The position numbers were made by a program, and so were the translations under genes. A stretch of DNA of 64,000 nt from Vermamoeba vermiformis. Lineage: Eukaryota. Under the pieces are notes generated by a model. It was not told where the DNA came from. It made no database searches and saw nothing but the letters and a program-made list of their open reading frames with translations. The stretch covers positions 124,001 through 188,000 of the forward strand of contig JBEWZL010000202.1 in the NCBI GenBank assembly GCA_045837725.1, written 5' to 3'. How positions within the stretch are numbered: the first letter of the stretch is position 1; each line of letters opens with the position of its first letter. Shown here in pieces: positions 52,471-64,000 of the stretch.

Positions 52471-52982
52471 AGTCGACGTCACGAACGGTACGTTCAAGCC
52501 TGCCACCCATTGTACATTGCATCATAAAACCCTAATTTATTTACTACACTAAAGTTGTCCATTCAATTTTTCGCAGTCTGACTGACAAGGTGTGAATCGT
52601 ACTTGGTACTAGTACGCCCATCGAAATTTGCAGCGGAGTTCTCTCGACTATACCACCTCATTGTGCTGTTATCTCCTTTTAAGTCAATGAGCAATCATTT
52701 CTATGTGCTCGACTTCGATAACGGAGCCAAGTTAGCACAGAGTGGTTCCGAAATTTTTCCGCTGGTACGTCGTTTTGCTTTATCAATTCGGCCATCTTCA
52801 ACCATTCCGCCGATTGTTACTGAACATTTTCGCTCGCTTCTGCTACAATAAGAAAACCCGAATTCCACATCTTTGCTGCGCGGAGATCCGTCGCGATTGG
52901 ATCGACCGTTAACCCAACACAAGATCCGCCGACTACGTACAAAGAAACAACTACGAATAGCTTCGGCACAATCTTAGATCGT

Positions 52983-54672
52983 TTATTGATCAGCGTAATA
53001 TTTTATCAGTTTCCAAAAGAGTCTATCAAATTCTGTCAGAATCCCTGGATGTCGGATCCATTTAAATATTACAGCCCAGATGTCGAGCGGCAACAAGGCC
53101 TCGAACTGATTCGGCCGCATAGCTATTATATTTACAATTAATATGGCGTTTCTAAGCACGCGTGATCGTTCAGCTTTGTTGTTCTCGAGCAGATCGTGAA
53201 CTTCGATCGAAACTTTTTCGTTCTGAAATGTCATTTCGCAGAGTGACTTATTGACGCTGAGCACATCGAGCAAGATTTCATTGAGATTTCCCATTGGGAG
53301 ATTGAAATCTGAAAAGCCTGTCCAACACGGGCCCATGTTAAGTTCTGTCAACGTGTCATTATTTTTCAGATCCAGCATTTGCACGTAAGCGCCGTATTGT
53401 TCCGACTTTGGCACATCAAATGTCAATTTTTGCAGGTTATATCCGGGCATTAATAAGGGGGAAATTTTGAGCACATCTCGTTGCGTCAGTTGGTAGCCTT
53501 TCAAATTTAACGCTCGAAGTGCATAATTCTCTTTCAACATTCCAAGAACTGGCTGAAAATTGACAATTTTCTTCCTATTAGTCTTTATACTTAATTTCTT
53601 CAATGTCTTGTTGATCTTCGTTATCATCGGGATCAGACTGTCATACAGATCTTCCAAGACTAACGACTCTAGCGCTGAATTAGCCTCTAAGCCTTCTTGT
53701 ATGAAGCTCCAATTAGGATTACAGTCAATTAATAATAATTCTCGTAAATTCTTGCTGGTTTTCAGGAGATCTGACACCAACGAACTTTCGGGATCCGTCA
53801 AGCTGAATTTATCCAGTTTAAGCGATGTAATATTGTTCATTGATATTATAGCTGGTCTAATTATATCTTGTTTATACGGTGGTAATCGTTGAATTGCTGT
53901 CAACTCTAGATGCGTCAAAAATTTGGATCCGCTCAAAATTTTCTCTAAACTGTCAATATGTGATTGGTTGAAAGGAATGCCTTGTAATAACAGCTTGATT
54001 ATAGTACTGTTTTCTAGTCCTTCGCTTAATATTTGAAATCCAGGGTCGAGATAACTTTCGAGATCTCGATTGTTCCAAACGATTGTAAATTTCTTTAATG
54101 TTGAATTTGTTCTTAGAATTTCTGATAATATTTTTGCAGTATCATTCTTCAATAATTGATGGACTATAGTGATCTTCTTGATAGTCTTGTTAATTTGCAT
54201 CATCGATCTGAAAAGATCTAGATCTCGTTCACTCATCTCGCAATAAAATTCTATCGATGTGATATTCTTATTATCTTTCAATGCGTGCATTAAATTTTCG
54301 ATGTAATTTCCGCGTCGTGCAGCTTGGTTCAGTGAAATAAAGTTGCGATTGTAATGGAAGAAACGGAACGGAGCATTTTTCTCTCGTGCAGCCCACAGCT
54401 GGTTCTCGTTCGATACATTTATGACCTAAGAATAGGAAATAATATTAAAAATGGATGAAGAAAGCTGTGCAAAAAATTTATGGCGGATCCAATAATTGCA
54501 GTAAATTTTTTCGACTCCAAAAATTCTGAAAATATCGTCTGTGATGATAAATTATTATTATATATGACCAAATAATTTTTAAAATTAAAAGTAGATTATT
54601 GTAATTAATGCAGGTCCGACTTACATCGGATGGCGGTTTCTTCTCCTCTTCTACTCCGAATAATTCTTCCAT
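52983..54672 (-). CDS. RNI-like leucine-rich repeat protein
   Basis: Exon 1 MEELFGVEEEKKPPSD splices in phase 0 to a long exon with N-x-T-L-x-x-L repeats. The C-terminal LPLDIWAVIFKWI is an F-box-like motif. Confidence 0.82.
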
Positions 54673-55078
54673 AGTAGTCTGATGTCATTAAATAACGAAG
54701 GTATTACGTCTTTGTTGGTTTCAGCTTCTGTGCGCCGTACAAAACGCGTTATCTGAAACCTGTGCATTTTTGTTGCTTATCTCGCGCGACCAAAACAAAA
54801 GAAATAAAACTGATAAGAGAGAAATGCGCGTGACGATTGCTTTAGGGTGTAATTACTCAAAGACGAAGTCTGGGTAGCCTCGGACTTGAGTATGAAGCCA
54901 ATGATGACTAGAGCCACAAAAATAAAATGATTTGTGGTCATTTTGAAGTATTTTAATGATGAAATAAGATACGACTTAAATTTTTCTGTTGTTGCTGTTT
55001 GGCCGTTAATACGAACTTTAATTGAAGCACGTGCGCAACGAATTAAGCAAATTGCAACAATTGATTTATCTTAAGAAC

Positions 55079-57500
55079 TTAACCAAGGATAATATTTGCC
55101 AATAGTAAAGCCATTCCTAAGCACGATAACTGACTTGCGCTTGAAACAGTAGCAGATCCGGGAGTTTTCGTTGATGGAGAGTTGGGTAACCTTCCCGAAG
55201 CATCAGGCACTATTATAGCAGTGTTAATATCAAACTTATTGAGTATAAGCGGGCGCCTTAATATTAAGGGCTCAAACTTACCTGCGAAAGTGACAGTGAC
55301 ACGTGTCACAGTGTCAAAAGTGTCAACGGCTGTGAATGTCACTTGGTTGCTCGAGCCGTCAGCGACAGTGGGCGTAGCTTCGATCATCAGTTCAGTGCCC
55401 GAAAGTTCAGTAATGGTCATGAACGACGGAACATTGGTCACATTCAATGAGACGCACACATCGAAGGACTCAACGGCTAACATTTATCAGTTAGTTATAC
55501 TCCGACAAAGTGGTATTGATGTGATGAACACTTACATGAACAAGACACGTTGAGCGAGAGTGTTTGATTGACGGTCAAATCGTAACTTGTACCGACGGAG
55601 ATGACAGGCGGTTGATTCAACAGCACTACAAACCAGTCAGAATTACCTCATTAGTTGAATTAACTTATTAATTTAATATTCATTACCTTTAGCGGCTTTA
55701 AGTGGATTGACTCGTCCGTAACCATATTCATTGTCCTAGAGATCAATCGCGGAATTAGAGAAATTTCAGTTGATCAAAGCGATAATCAATATACCCTGCC
55801 GGGAGTTCCAATGTCAGTAGCAGTGTTCTGCAACAGATTTCTAATGTCGTCAGCGGTAACGCCAGGCTTGGCAGACATCAACAGCGCCGAGATTGCAGCG
55901 ATGCAAGGTGTGGCCATGGAAGTGCCCGTCAAATAGTTGTAAGAGCCTTGAAACAAAGGCACTGTGTTGTAAATGTACGTTCCTACATAAAGAAAAACCA
56001 AATCAGTATTACGTTGCGTATCGTCAAAAAATTTCAATTCGATAATGAAACATAGATCCGGCAAAAGTGATTTATTTTAAGGCTGGATACTAGCTCCATA
56101 GTAATTAATGAGCTGAAACAATGTTTCGCATTGCTAGCAAAAGATATTTTATGAAAATAAAATTCATCGTGAAAAATTGGTGTCACAGATATTTTTTTTG
56201 AACGCGAACTTACCAGGCGCAGAAATATCAACAAAACTGTTCGTAGTTGAAGACGGAGAACGAGTGCCGTCTTGTTGCAGATTGGCCACGGTGAATGAAT
56301 TGACGAAAGCACCAGGATAGTTCGGTGCGTTGTTATTATTTTGGTAACTGTTGCCAGCTGCTACGACGACTAATACGCCCTTTTGAACGGCGTAATTTAC
56401 AGCGGCTTCTAATGACGAAGAATTCGTCAAGCCCTGAAATTTGATTGGTCAGATCCGAATCTGATTTTTTTTGCGGTTTCATTTTTAGACTTACGCCGAC
56501 ACTTAAATTGATGATGTTAGCTCCTGCATTCGTAGTATCGGTGATACACTTCATCCAATCATCATAATAACCGGATCCAGTGCTGTCAAGTACTTTTCCG
56601 ACCATCAAATTAACTCCGTAAGCAATACCAGCAACGCCTAATGATTACAAATACTGGTCAAATAACGGGATTATTATAGTCAATATAATACCATACCAAC
56701 AGCGTTATTTGTTGTTGCAGCAGCAATTCCAGAGACGTGTGTTCCTAAACGGAAATTAAAAATCTATTTTTGAATCTATTACTTTAATAATCGAGTCCTT
56801 ACCATGAATATAATCATCGGTAATATTAGTATTACCACTGACGTAATTATATCCCCAAATAATGTGAGACGTGTCAACATCTTCGTGGTCCAATGCAATT
56901 CCAGAATCACAGACAGCGATAGTCTTGATAATCAAAATTAATCTTGTCCTTCTTAATCAGACTTTGTATCTTTACTTACGATGTTTTTCAATCGTGTCTG
57001 ATCCCAAGGGATAAGATTCCAAACTTGATCCATTTGAATGTCAGGCAAACTCCATTGATTACTCCAACCAGGATCATTAGGAACAACTAATGCGTGGCCT
57101 ACGGTGCGAATCAAAAATCGTAAATAAAGTGAATTGAAGCCGATCTTTTCGGCTTACCTTGTGGAACCTCTTCAACATGAGCAAATCTCGGGTCCCCTCG
57201 TAGAGACGTAATATCTAAATCATCGGGGACCTAAAAAATAATAAATAAATCATTAATTGAACGGCCTGACCTTAACGGAATTCTACCATAAACAAATCTA
57301 ATTGAACCTACCTCAATAGAAGCGCCACCGAACTCTGGAAATTCATGCACGATGGATCCAATATTAGATGCAATATCTTTGACTCGTTGTCCTTCAGCTG
57401 CAGAACTACCAGACTGCTTGACATAGATCCTCTTTGCTGAGGCCTGCAAGATCAAGCCAACGAGGGCAATAGCAACAAAAATATTATGTTTTGTGGTCAT
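55079..57500 (-). CDS. Secreted, probably GPI-anchored subtilisin (S8, thermitase-like), copy A
   Basis: Signal peptide, I9-like propeptide, PNDP..NQW, triad motifs DSG / HGTHV / GTSMA, oxyanion AAGN, a C-terminal beta domain and a hydrophobic GPI-like tail. Confidence 0.9.
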
Positions 57501-57639
57501 CGTGGTCGTGGTATCTGCAGTTGACTTAAATTGCGCGTATCTTGCGAGCTTGACATTTCAGAATTACCTTAAATGGATCCTAGATCTGATTTTCGATTAT
57601 GTGCACACAAAATGATTTTTAATCTTTATATCCGATAAT

Positions 57640-59245
57640 AGAAAAGAAGTACTCACAAGGCTTGCCAAAGGATCGTAATCAATGTACCTTCGTTCATCAC
57701 AAAAACGACAGTCTCTGCTACTCAATTGACGTTGAGTGCTAATCCTACGAGTGCTGATATTGGTAGCTACGTGGTGACATTTGACGGTCAATGAAGCGCA
57801 CGTGTCAAATTCAGCTGTCGACAAGAATACAAGTTATTACGTTAAAATAATACGGTTTGAATATTATAATAAAGTAGTATTCTACTATAAGAGCTATATC
57901 GTTCTGTGAATTACTTACATGAACAAGTGACATCCAGTTTGAACGGCTGATCAACAATCAAATCATAACCAGTATCCGCTGATATTACTGGCGGCCCACT
58001 AGATATACTCGCTAATGCTATAAACCATATGAGACCTCCTGAAATAGAACCGATAATACTATACGGTAGTACATACTCATGGCAGCTTCGAGCGGATTAA
58101 TTTTTCCGTAGCCGTACTCGTTGTCCTTGCCAGGCTCGCCAAGATCAATCGCAGTGCTTTGCAACGGATCAGTGAGCTCTTGCACGGTGATATCAGGCGA
58201 TCGCCATCATCAGCGCTGCGACACCTGCGACAACTGGAGCTGCTTGTGAAGTGCCAGTAAACAACGCGTATCCCGATGTTGATGGCACTGTGCCTTCAAT
58301 TAGCGTGCCTAAAACGATCGTATTTCAGAAATCCCACGGAGAAATATAGTAGTCTAGCGATATTGACTTGAAAGTTGAACGCTTGCACTCAAATTGATAA
58401 TGAATAAATTGTCTTAATATAGCAGCAGCTATTGTACTTATTTGTCGTTCGTTCAAAAAGCAGTGAAAATAGCCCATAAAGAAGGCTTGTTACGAACTTA
58501 CCAGGCGCAGAAATATCGACAAAACTGTTCGACGTGGAAGTAGGATGCCTAGTATCGTCTTGTTTTATATTGGCCACTGTGAATGAGTTAGCAAAAGCTC
58601 CCGGAAAAAGCGCTGCATTGCCGTCTGCTCCCGTGTTGCCAGCTGCTGCCACCACTTACACTCCTGCAAACCCAATTAATCATTTGACAGCCGGTATATT
58701 TGCATTATATACCATGATCTACTGCGTAATTAACTGCGTCTTCAAATGGTGCGTAGTAACCAAGGCCCTGAAATTTCGGCAGAAAGATCTAGATCCGTGA
58801 ATGGATTTGGTGCTTACTCCCAGGCTCAAGTTAATAATATTAGCGCCATTGTTCGTAGCGTCAATAATACATTTCATGAACGCATCATAGTGGCCAAGAC
58901 CTTTCGAGTCAAGGACTTTTCCAATTATTAAATTAACTCCGTACGCTATTCCCGCCATTCCTGCAGCGAATTATAACTTAAATATTAGTTATAAGATTAT
59001 TTATGCATACCAATAGTATTATCTGTTGTCGCTGCAAGGATCCCAGTAACATGAGTTCCTAAAAAGGAAATTTGGTTTAAGTGGGTAACTTCGAAGATAC
59101 GCATCTCTATCTATCGGATCTTACCATGCTCGTAATCGTCAGTAGCATCCGTGTCATTATTTACGTAATCGAATTGCCAGATTACGCGAGAGGCGTCGAG
59201 ATCCGGATGTGTGAAGTTGAATCCACTGTCGCAGACCGCTACTGT
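57640..59245 (-). pseudogene. Divergent subtilisin paralog B, pseudogene
   Basis: DSG, HGTHV and GTSQA are present, but the signal and propeptide exons are missing. In-frame TAA at 58656-58658, frameshift near 58200 and an inverted 3' segment. Confidence 0.82.
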
Positions 59246-59528
59246 CTATGCCCACAGCTGGTTTTCATTTGATACACTAAAGACCTAAGAATAGTAAATA
59301 ATATTAAAAATGGACGAAGAAAGCTGTGCTGAGAATTTGATGGCGGATCCAAAAATTGCATTAAATTTTTTCGAAAAAATTCTGAAAATATTGTATGCGC
59401 TATTAAATTATTATTGTTTATGACTAAATAATTTTTTCAAATAATATTAGATTATTTTAATTAATACAGGCTCGACTTACATCGGATGGCGGTTTCTTCT
59501 CCTCTTCTACGCCGAATAATTCTTCCAT
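59246..59528 (-). pseudogene. Duplicated 5' fragment of the RNI-LRR gene fused to subtilisin B
   Basis: Exon 1 MEELFGVEEEKKPPSD, the intron and 12 codons of exon 2 (VFSVSNENQLWA*) abut the subtilisin DSG exon. Confidence 0.85.
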
Positions 59529-59972
59529 AGTAGTCTGATATCATTAAATAACTAATATATCACGTTTTGTTGGTTTCAGCTTCTGTGCGCCGTACAAAAC
59601 GCGTTATCTGAAACGCGTGCATTTTTGTTGCTTTTCTCGCGACCGAAACAAAAGAAATAAAACTGCTATGAAAGAAATGGGCGTGACGATTGCTTTAGGG
59701 TGTAATTACTCAAAGACGAAGTCTGGATAGCTCTACTGCGCAAGCAAAAACTTGGCCTCGGACTTGAGTGATGAAGCCAATGCTGACGATAAATCCAACG
59801 ATGCCTAGAGCGACAAAAATGAAATGGTTTGTGGTCATTTTGAAGCATTTTAATGATGAAATAAGATACGACTTAAATTTTTCTGTTGTTGCTGTTTGGC
59901 CGTTACTACGAACTTTCGAAGCACGTGCGCAATGAATTAAGCAAATTGCAACGATTGATTTATCTTAAGAAC

Positions 59973-62422
59973 TTAACCAAGGATAATATTTGCCAATAAG
60001 AAAGCCATTCCTAACCACGATAACTGACTTGCGCTTGAAACAGAAGCAGAGCCGGGAGTTTTCGTTACTGGAGAGTTGGGTAAACTTCCCGAAGCATCAG
60101 GCACTGTTATAGCAGTGTTAATATCAAAGTTATTGAGTATAAGCGACGCCTTAATTCTTAAGGGGCTCTTACCTGCGAAAGTAACGGTGACACGTGTCAC
60201 GGTGTCAAAAGTGTCAACGGCGGTGAATGTCACTTGATTGCTTGAGCCATCAGCGACAGTCGGCGTAGCTTCGATCATCAGTTCAGTGCCCGAAAGTTCA
60301 GTGACAGTCATGAACGACGGAACATTGGTCACATTCAATGAGACGCACACATCGAAGGACTCAACGGCTAACATTTATCGGTTAGTCATACTTGTATACT
60401 GTGGACTTAAAGTGATGAATACGTACATGAACAAGACACGTTGAGCGAGAGTGTTTGATTGACGGTCAAATCGTAACTTGTACCGACGGAGATGACAGGC
60501 GGTTGATTCAACAGCACTACAAACCGAGTCAGAATTAACTGAATTAACTTATTCATTGAATTCCTACCTTTAGCGGCTTTAAGTGGATTGACCCTTCCGT
60601 AACCATATTCATCGTCCTAGAGATCAATCGCGGAATTAGGTGATAAGTTATTGAGGGAAATTTCAGTTGATCAAAGCGAGGAATAATATACCTTGCCGGG
60701 AGTTCCAATGTCAGTGGCAGTGTTCTGCAACAGATTTCTAATGTCGTCAGCGGTAACGCCAGGCTTGGCAGACATCAACAGCGCCGAGATTGCAGCAATG
60801 CAAGGTGTGGCCATGGAAGTGCCGGTCAAATAGCTGTAAGAGCCTTTAAACAAAGGCACTGTGTTGTAAATAGCCGTTCCTACAAAAAACCAAATCAGAA
60901 TAATGCAAATAATGTTAACATAGATCTCGATAACGAAAAATAGATCCGGCTTAGTGATTTATTTTAAGGCTGGATTCTAGCTCCATGGTCAATAATGAGA
61001 AGTAATGTTTCGCATTGCGAGTAAACGATATTTTACGAAATTCACTGTTATTGTGTCCTATCGGTCACTTGTGAAAAATTGGTCCAATCACAGATATTTT
61101 TTTTGATAGCGAACATACCAGGCGCGGATATATCAACAAAACTGTTCGTAGTTGAAGATGGCGAACGAGTGCCGTCTTGTTGCAGATTGGCCACGGTGAA
61201 TGAATTGACAAAAGCACCAGGATAGTGCGGTGCGTTGTTATTACTTTGGTAGGTGTTGCCAGCCGCTACTACGACTAACACACCCTTTTGAACGGCGTAA
61301 TTTACAGCGGCTTCTAAATCCGAAGAATTCGTCAAGCCCTGAAATTTGATTGGTCAGATCCGAATCTGATTTTTTTGAGGATATACCCATTTTCAGACTT
61401 ACGCCGAAACTTAAATTGATGATGTTAGCTCCTGCATTCGTAGTATCGGTGATACACTTCATCCAGTCGTCATAATAACCGTATCCAGTGCTGTCAAGTA
61501 CTTTTCCGACCATCAAATTAACTCCGTACGCAATACCAGCGACGCCTAATGATTACAAATAATGGTCAAATAACGGGATTATTATAATCAATAAATACCA
61601 TACCAACAGCGTTATTTGTTGTTGCAGCAGCAATTCCAGAGACGTGTGTTCCTAAACGGAAATGTTATTTTTAACATTTTGATCTATTTTGAATCTATTC
61701 TAATCAAGCCCTTACCATGAAAATGATCATCGGTAATATTGGTATTACCACTGACGTAATTATATCTCCAAATAATGTGAGACGTGTCAAGATCTTCGTG
61801 ATCCAAAGCAATTCCTGAATCGCAGACAGCGATAGTCTTGATAATCAAAATTAATATTGTCCTTCATAACCAGACTTTGTATCTTTACTTACGATGTTTT
61901 TCAATCGCGTCTGATTCCAAGGAATAAGATTCCAAACTTGATCCATTAACAGACTTTTTGGACCCCATTGATTGCTCCAACTAGGATCGTTAGGAACAAC
62001 TAATGCGTGGCCTACGGTGCGAATCAAAAATTGCAAATATTAACTTAACGCTGATCTATTTAGACTTACCCTGTGGAACCTCTTCAACATGAGCAAATCT
62101 CGGGTCCCCTCGTAGAGACCTAATATCTAAATCATCTGGGACCTAAATGTAATAAGTTACCGCATTAGTTGAACGGTCTGACCTTAACGGAATTCTAGCA
62201 TAAAACAAATAAAACAAATCGGATTAAACCTACCTCGATAGAAGCGCTACCGAACTCTGGAAATTCATGCACGATGGATCCAATGTTAGATGCAATATCT
62301 TTGACTCGCTGTCCTTCAGCTGCAGAACTTCCAGACTGCTTGACGTAGATCCTCTTTGCCGAGGCCTGCAAGATGAAGCCAACGAGGACAATAGCAACAA
62401 AAAGATTATGTTTTGTGGCCAT
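59973..62422 (-). CDS. Secreted, probably GPI-anchored subtilisin (S8), copy C
   Basis: Close paralog of copy A with the same exon structure and intact triad motifs. Confidence 0.9.
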
Positions 62423-62679
62423 CGTGCGGTGTTCAAGCGGTTAAAAGAAAAGTCAACTTTTGATGCTTCCAAGAATAAATTGCCTCCCTCCTCTAGTGCT
62501 TTCTTTGTCCCGTCACAATAGTAGCCAACGGTCAACTCCAGAGGCAAGAACTGGGTAGCTTTTTTGCGAAAGGGAAAGGTATCAACCGTTTGATTAATTT
62601 ACGCATCTTTGCGAGCCTGACATTGACATGTTCAGAATTACCGTTAATAGATTTACGATTATGCGCACACAAATGATTT

Positions 62680-63072
62680 TTTAATCTTTATATTCGATAA
62701 TAGAAAAGAAGTACTCACAAGTCTTGACAAAGATTGTAATAATAGTTCCAAACCATGACGTTAACTGACTGGCATCCGACGTTGCAGATCTAGGCTTTGA
62801 AGGTGACTCCAGGGGCAAAGTATGCAGTGCCAACTATACTAATATCAATATCATGCTTAAAATCAAGACAAACGTTACCGTTAAAAGCGACATGTAGAAC
62901 CGTTCCAAGTTGAAAACGTCACCACGTGGTGCTACCAATATTCGCACTCGTAGCAGTCAATCTCAATTAAGTCGCAGAAACTGATGAACGAAGGCATATT
63001 GAAGACGGTCAATGGCGCGCATTAATTTTGCCGTAACCGTACTCGTTGTCCTTGCCAGGCTCGCCAAGATCA
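62680..63072 (-). pseudogene. Remnant of a B-type subtilisin (3' end)
   Basis: DLGEPGKDNEYGYGKIN (nearly identical to about 58100-58147), LTVFNMPSFI and the GPI-tail-like ATSDASQLTSWFG, with deletions. Confidence 0.75.
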
Positions 63073-63465
63073 GAAATTTGAATGTAGGTAGGATCAGATT
63101 CCATTTTGGCTTTGTGGCGCCAAAAGAACCTTATATTTGAATATCTAATCCGACCGTAATAATTGCACGCCCAAGTGATAAATGAAATAAATACGTATTT
63201 CAATAACAAGAGCCAGCAGATCTGAACCAGCTCTGAATTTCCTGAACACGAAGGATTAGATTTCAGTATTGGTCGAGCATTCCATTGTACATTGGATAAT
63301 TTATTCACAGAACCAACCACAAAAACATAATAGACAAAAGTCAAATCCATCCGAAATTTCTTAAAATTCTTTTCGAGTTTCGCAACCCCCAACAAAAATA
63401 TTTGGATAATTTCAGAACATTAGTCCAGTCTAAATTTGAACGCGTAACCACAAAAAACAGAGAAA

Positions 63466-64000
63466 ATGAACAAAAATATTCAGTTGTGCTTACTCATCCT
63501 GGGTGGATTTGCTTTACTAGCTTCTTGTACGTGGCTTCTGAAGCAAGATGTGGCCCCTCTAACATTATCCTATAGGCGAAGAATATATCTTAGAATGGAA
63601 CTCATACGTTAATTATAAAAACACAATCAACATTGGGTACGTGTTACCTCGATCCAGAATTCCTGTAGTCACTCGGTCTAATGTTCATCGCAGGGATACC
63701 ATTACTTGGATTACGTGGGATGGAGAAACTCATTCAGTCCAAACTATTGACGGAACTGGCGAGCTAGATTCAGGATTTTTTACTGGATCGCTAAATCGTA
63801 AGAAAATTATTGACCTATAAAGATAATATGATATTCTAACGTGGCTTAAATGTAACAGAAAATGCTTCGTTTAGCCATACCTTCAATAAGGCTGGCACTT
63901 TCAAGTACTATTGCTCGTTGCACGCATCTATGATGATGGGCGAAGTCACTGTTATTGACCCTAATGGTAATTTTCCTAGCGTTACTTTCATAATGTAATT
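63466..64000 (+). CDS. Secreted cupredoxin (plastocyanin/amicyanin-like type-1 copper protein), 3' truncated by window
   Basis: Signal peptide MNKNIQLCLLILGGFALLAS, then GDTITW..ETHSV..LDSG..FSHTFNKAGTFKYYCSLHASMMMGEVTV with His, Cys, His and Met ligands. Four short exons, not in the ORF track. Confidence 0.85.

Larger units (their letters stand above)
54391..62730. repeat. Tandem segmental duplication (about 54391-57660 vs 59250-62730, extending into decayed paralogs)
   Basis: High nucleotide similarity across LRR exon 1 and intron, the intergenic region, the whole subtilisin gene and part of its upstream region. Confidence 0.9.

Noticed and set aside
63075-63395. 128-aa ORF ending in a subtilisin motif
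   Set aside because: Only the last ~20 codons are subtilisin-derived. The rest is chance open frame in AT-rich DNA.
1-64000. Transposons or endogenous viral genes; additional U12 introns
   Set aside because: No transposase, RT, integrase or capsid motifs were recognised. Other RTATCC-like strings lie in exons or on the wrong strand.

Overview
Gene-dense, intron-rich eukaryotic DNA with short AT-rich GT-AG introns. It is most likely a free-living amoebozoan (inferred from gene content, not proven). About 30 genes were assembled by eye across introns, so exon boundaries and some start codons are approximate. Conserved genes: a CAMK kinase, a diaphanous-type formin, ANKZF1/Vms1, an LRMDA-like LRR gene with a canonical AT-AC U12 intron, mitochondrial uS9, a CRT-like transporter and an RNF34/RFFL-like E3. 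There are two fast-evolving regions. (1) 21.3-38 kb holds a P-loop GTPase family fused to an Hsp20/alpha-crystallin-like domain (two open copies, one pseudogene, one remnant), an LRR / degenerate-AAA+ / TKL kinase, a PA-domain 7TM receptor and a divergent dynamin-like GTPase. Inside it, a sharply bounded ~3.5 kb tract has lost nearly all CpGs, and paralog comparison shows directional CpG->TpG/CpA change, the expected footprint of local 5mC methylation. (2) 54.4-63.1 kb is a tandem segmental duplication of thermitase-like, probably GPI-anchored subtilisins, with pseudogenes, an inversion and a chimeric junction. Other candidates are a beta-pore-forming-toxin-like intronless gene, an intronic C/D-box hairpin RNA, a Kelch-Ig receptor kinase and a secreted blue-copper protein. 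No rRNA, tRNA, CRISPR array or intact transposon was seen.
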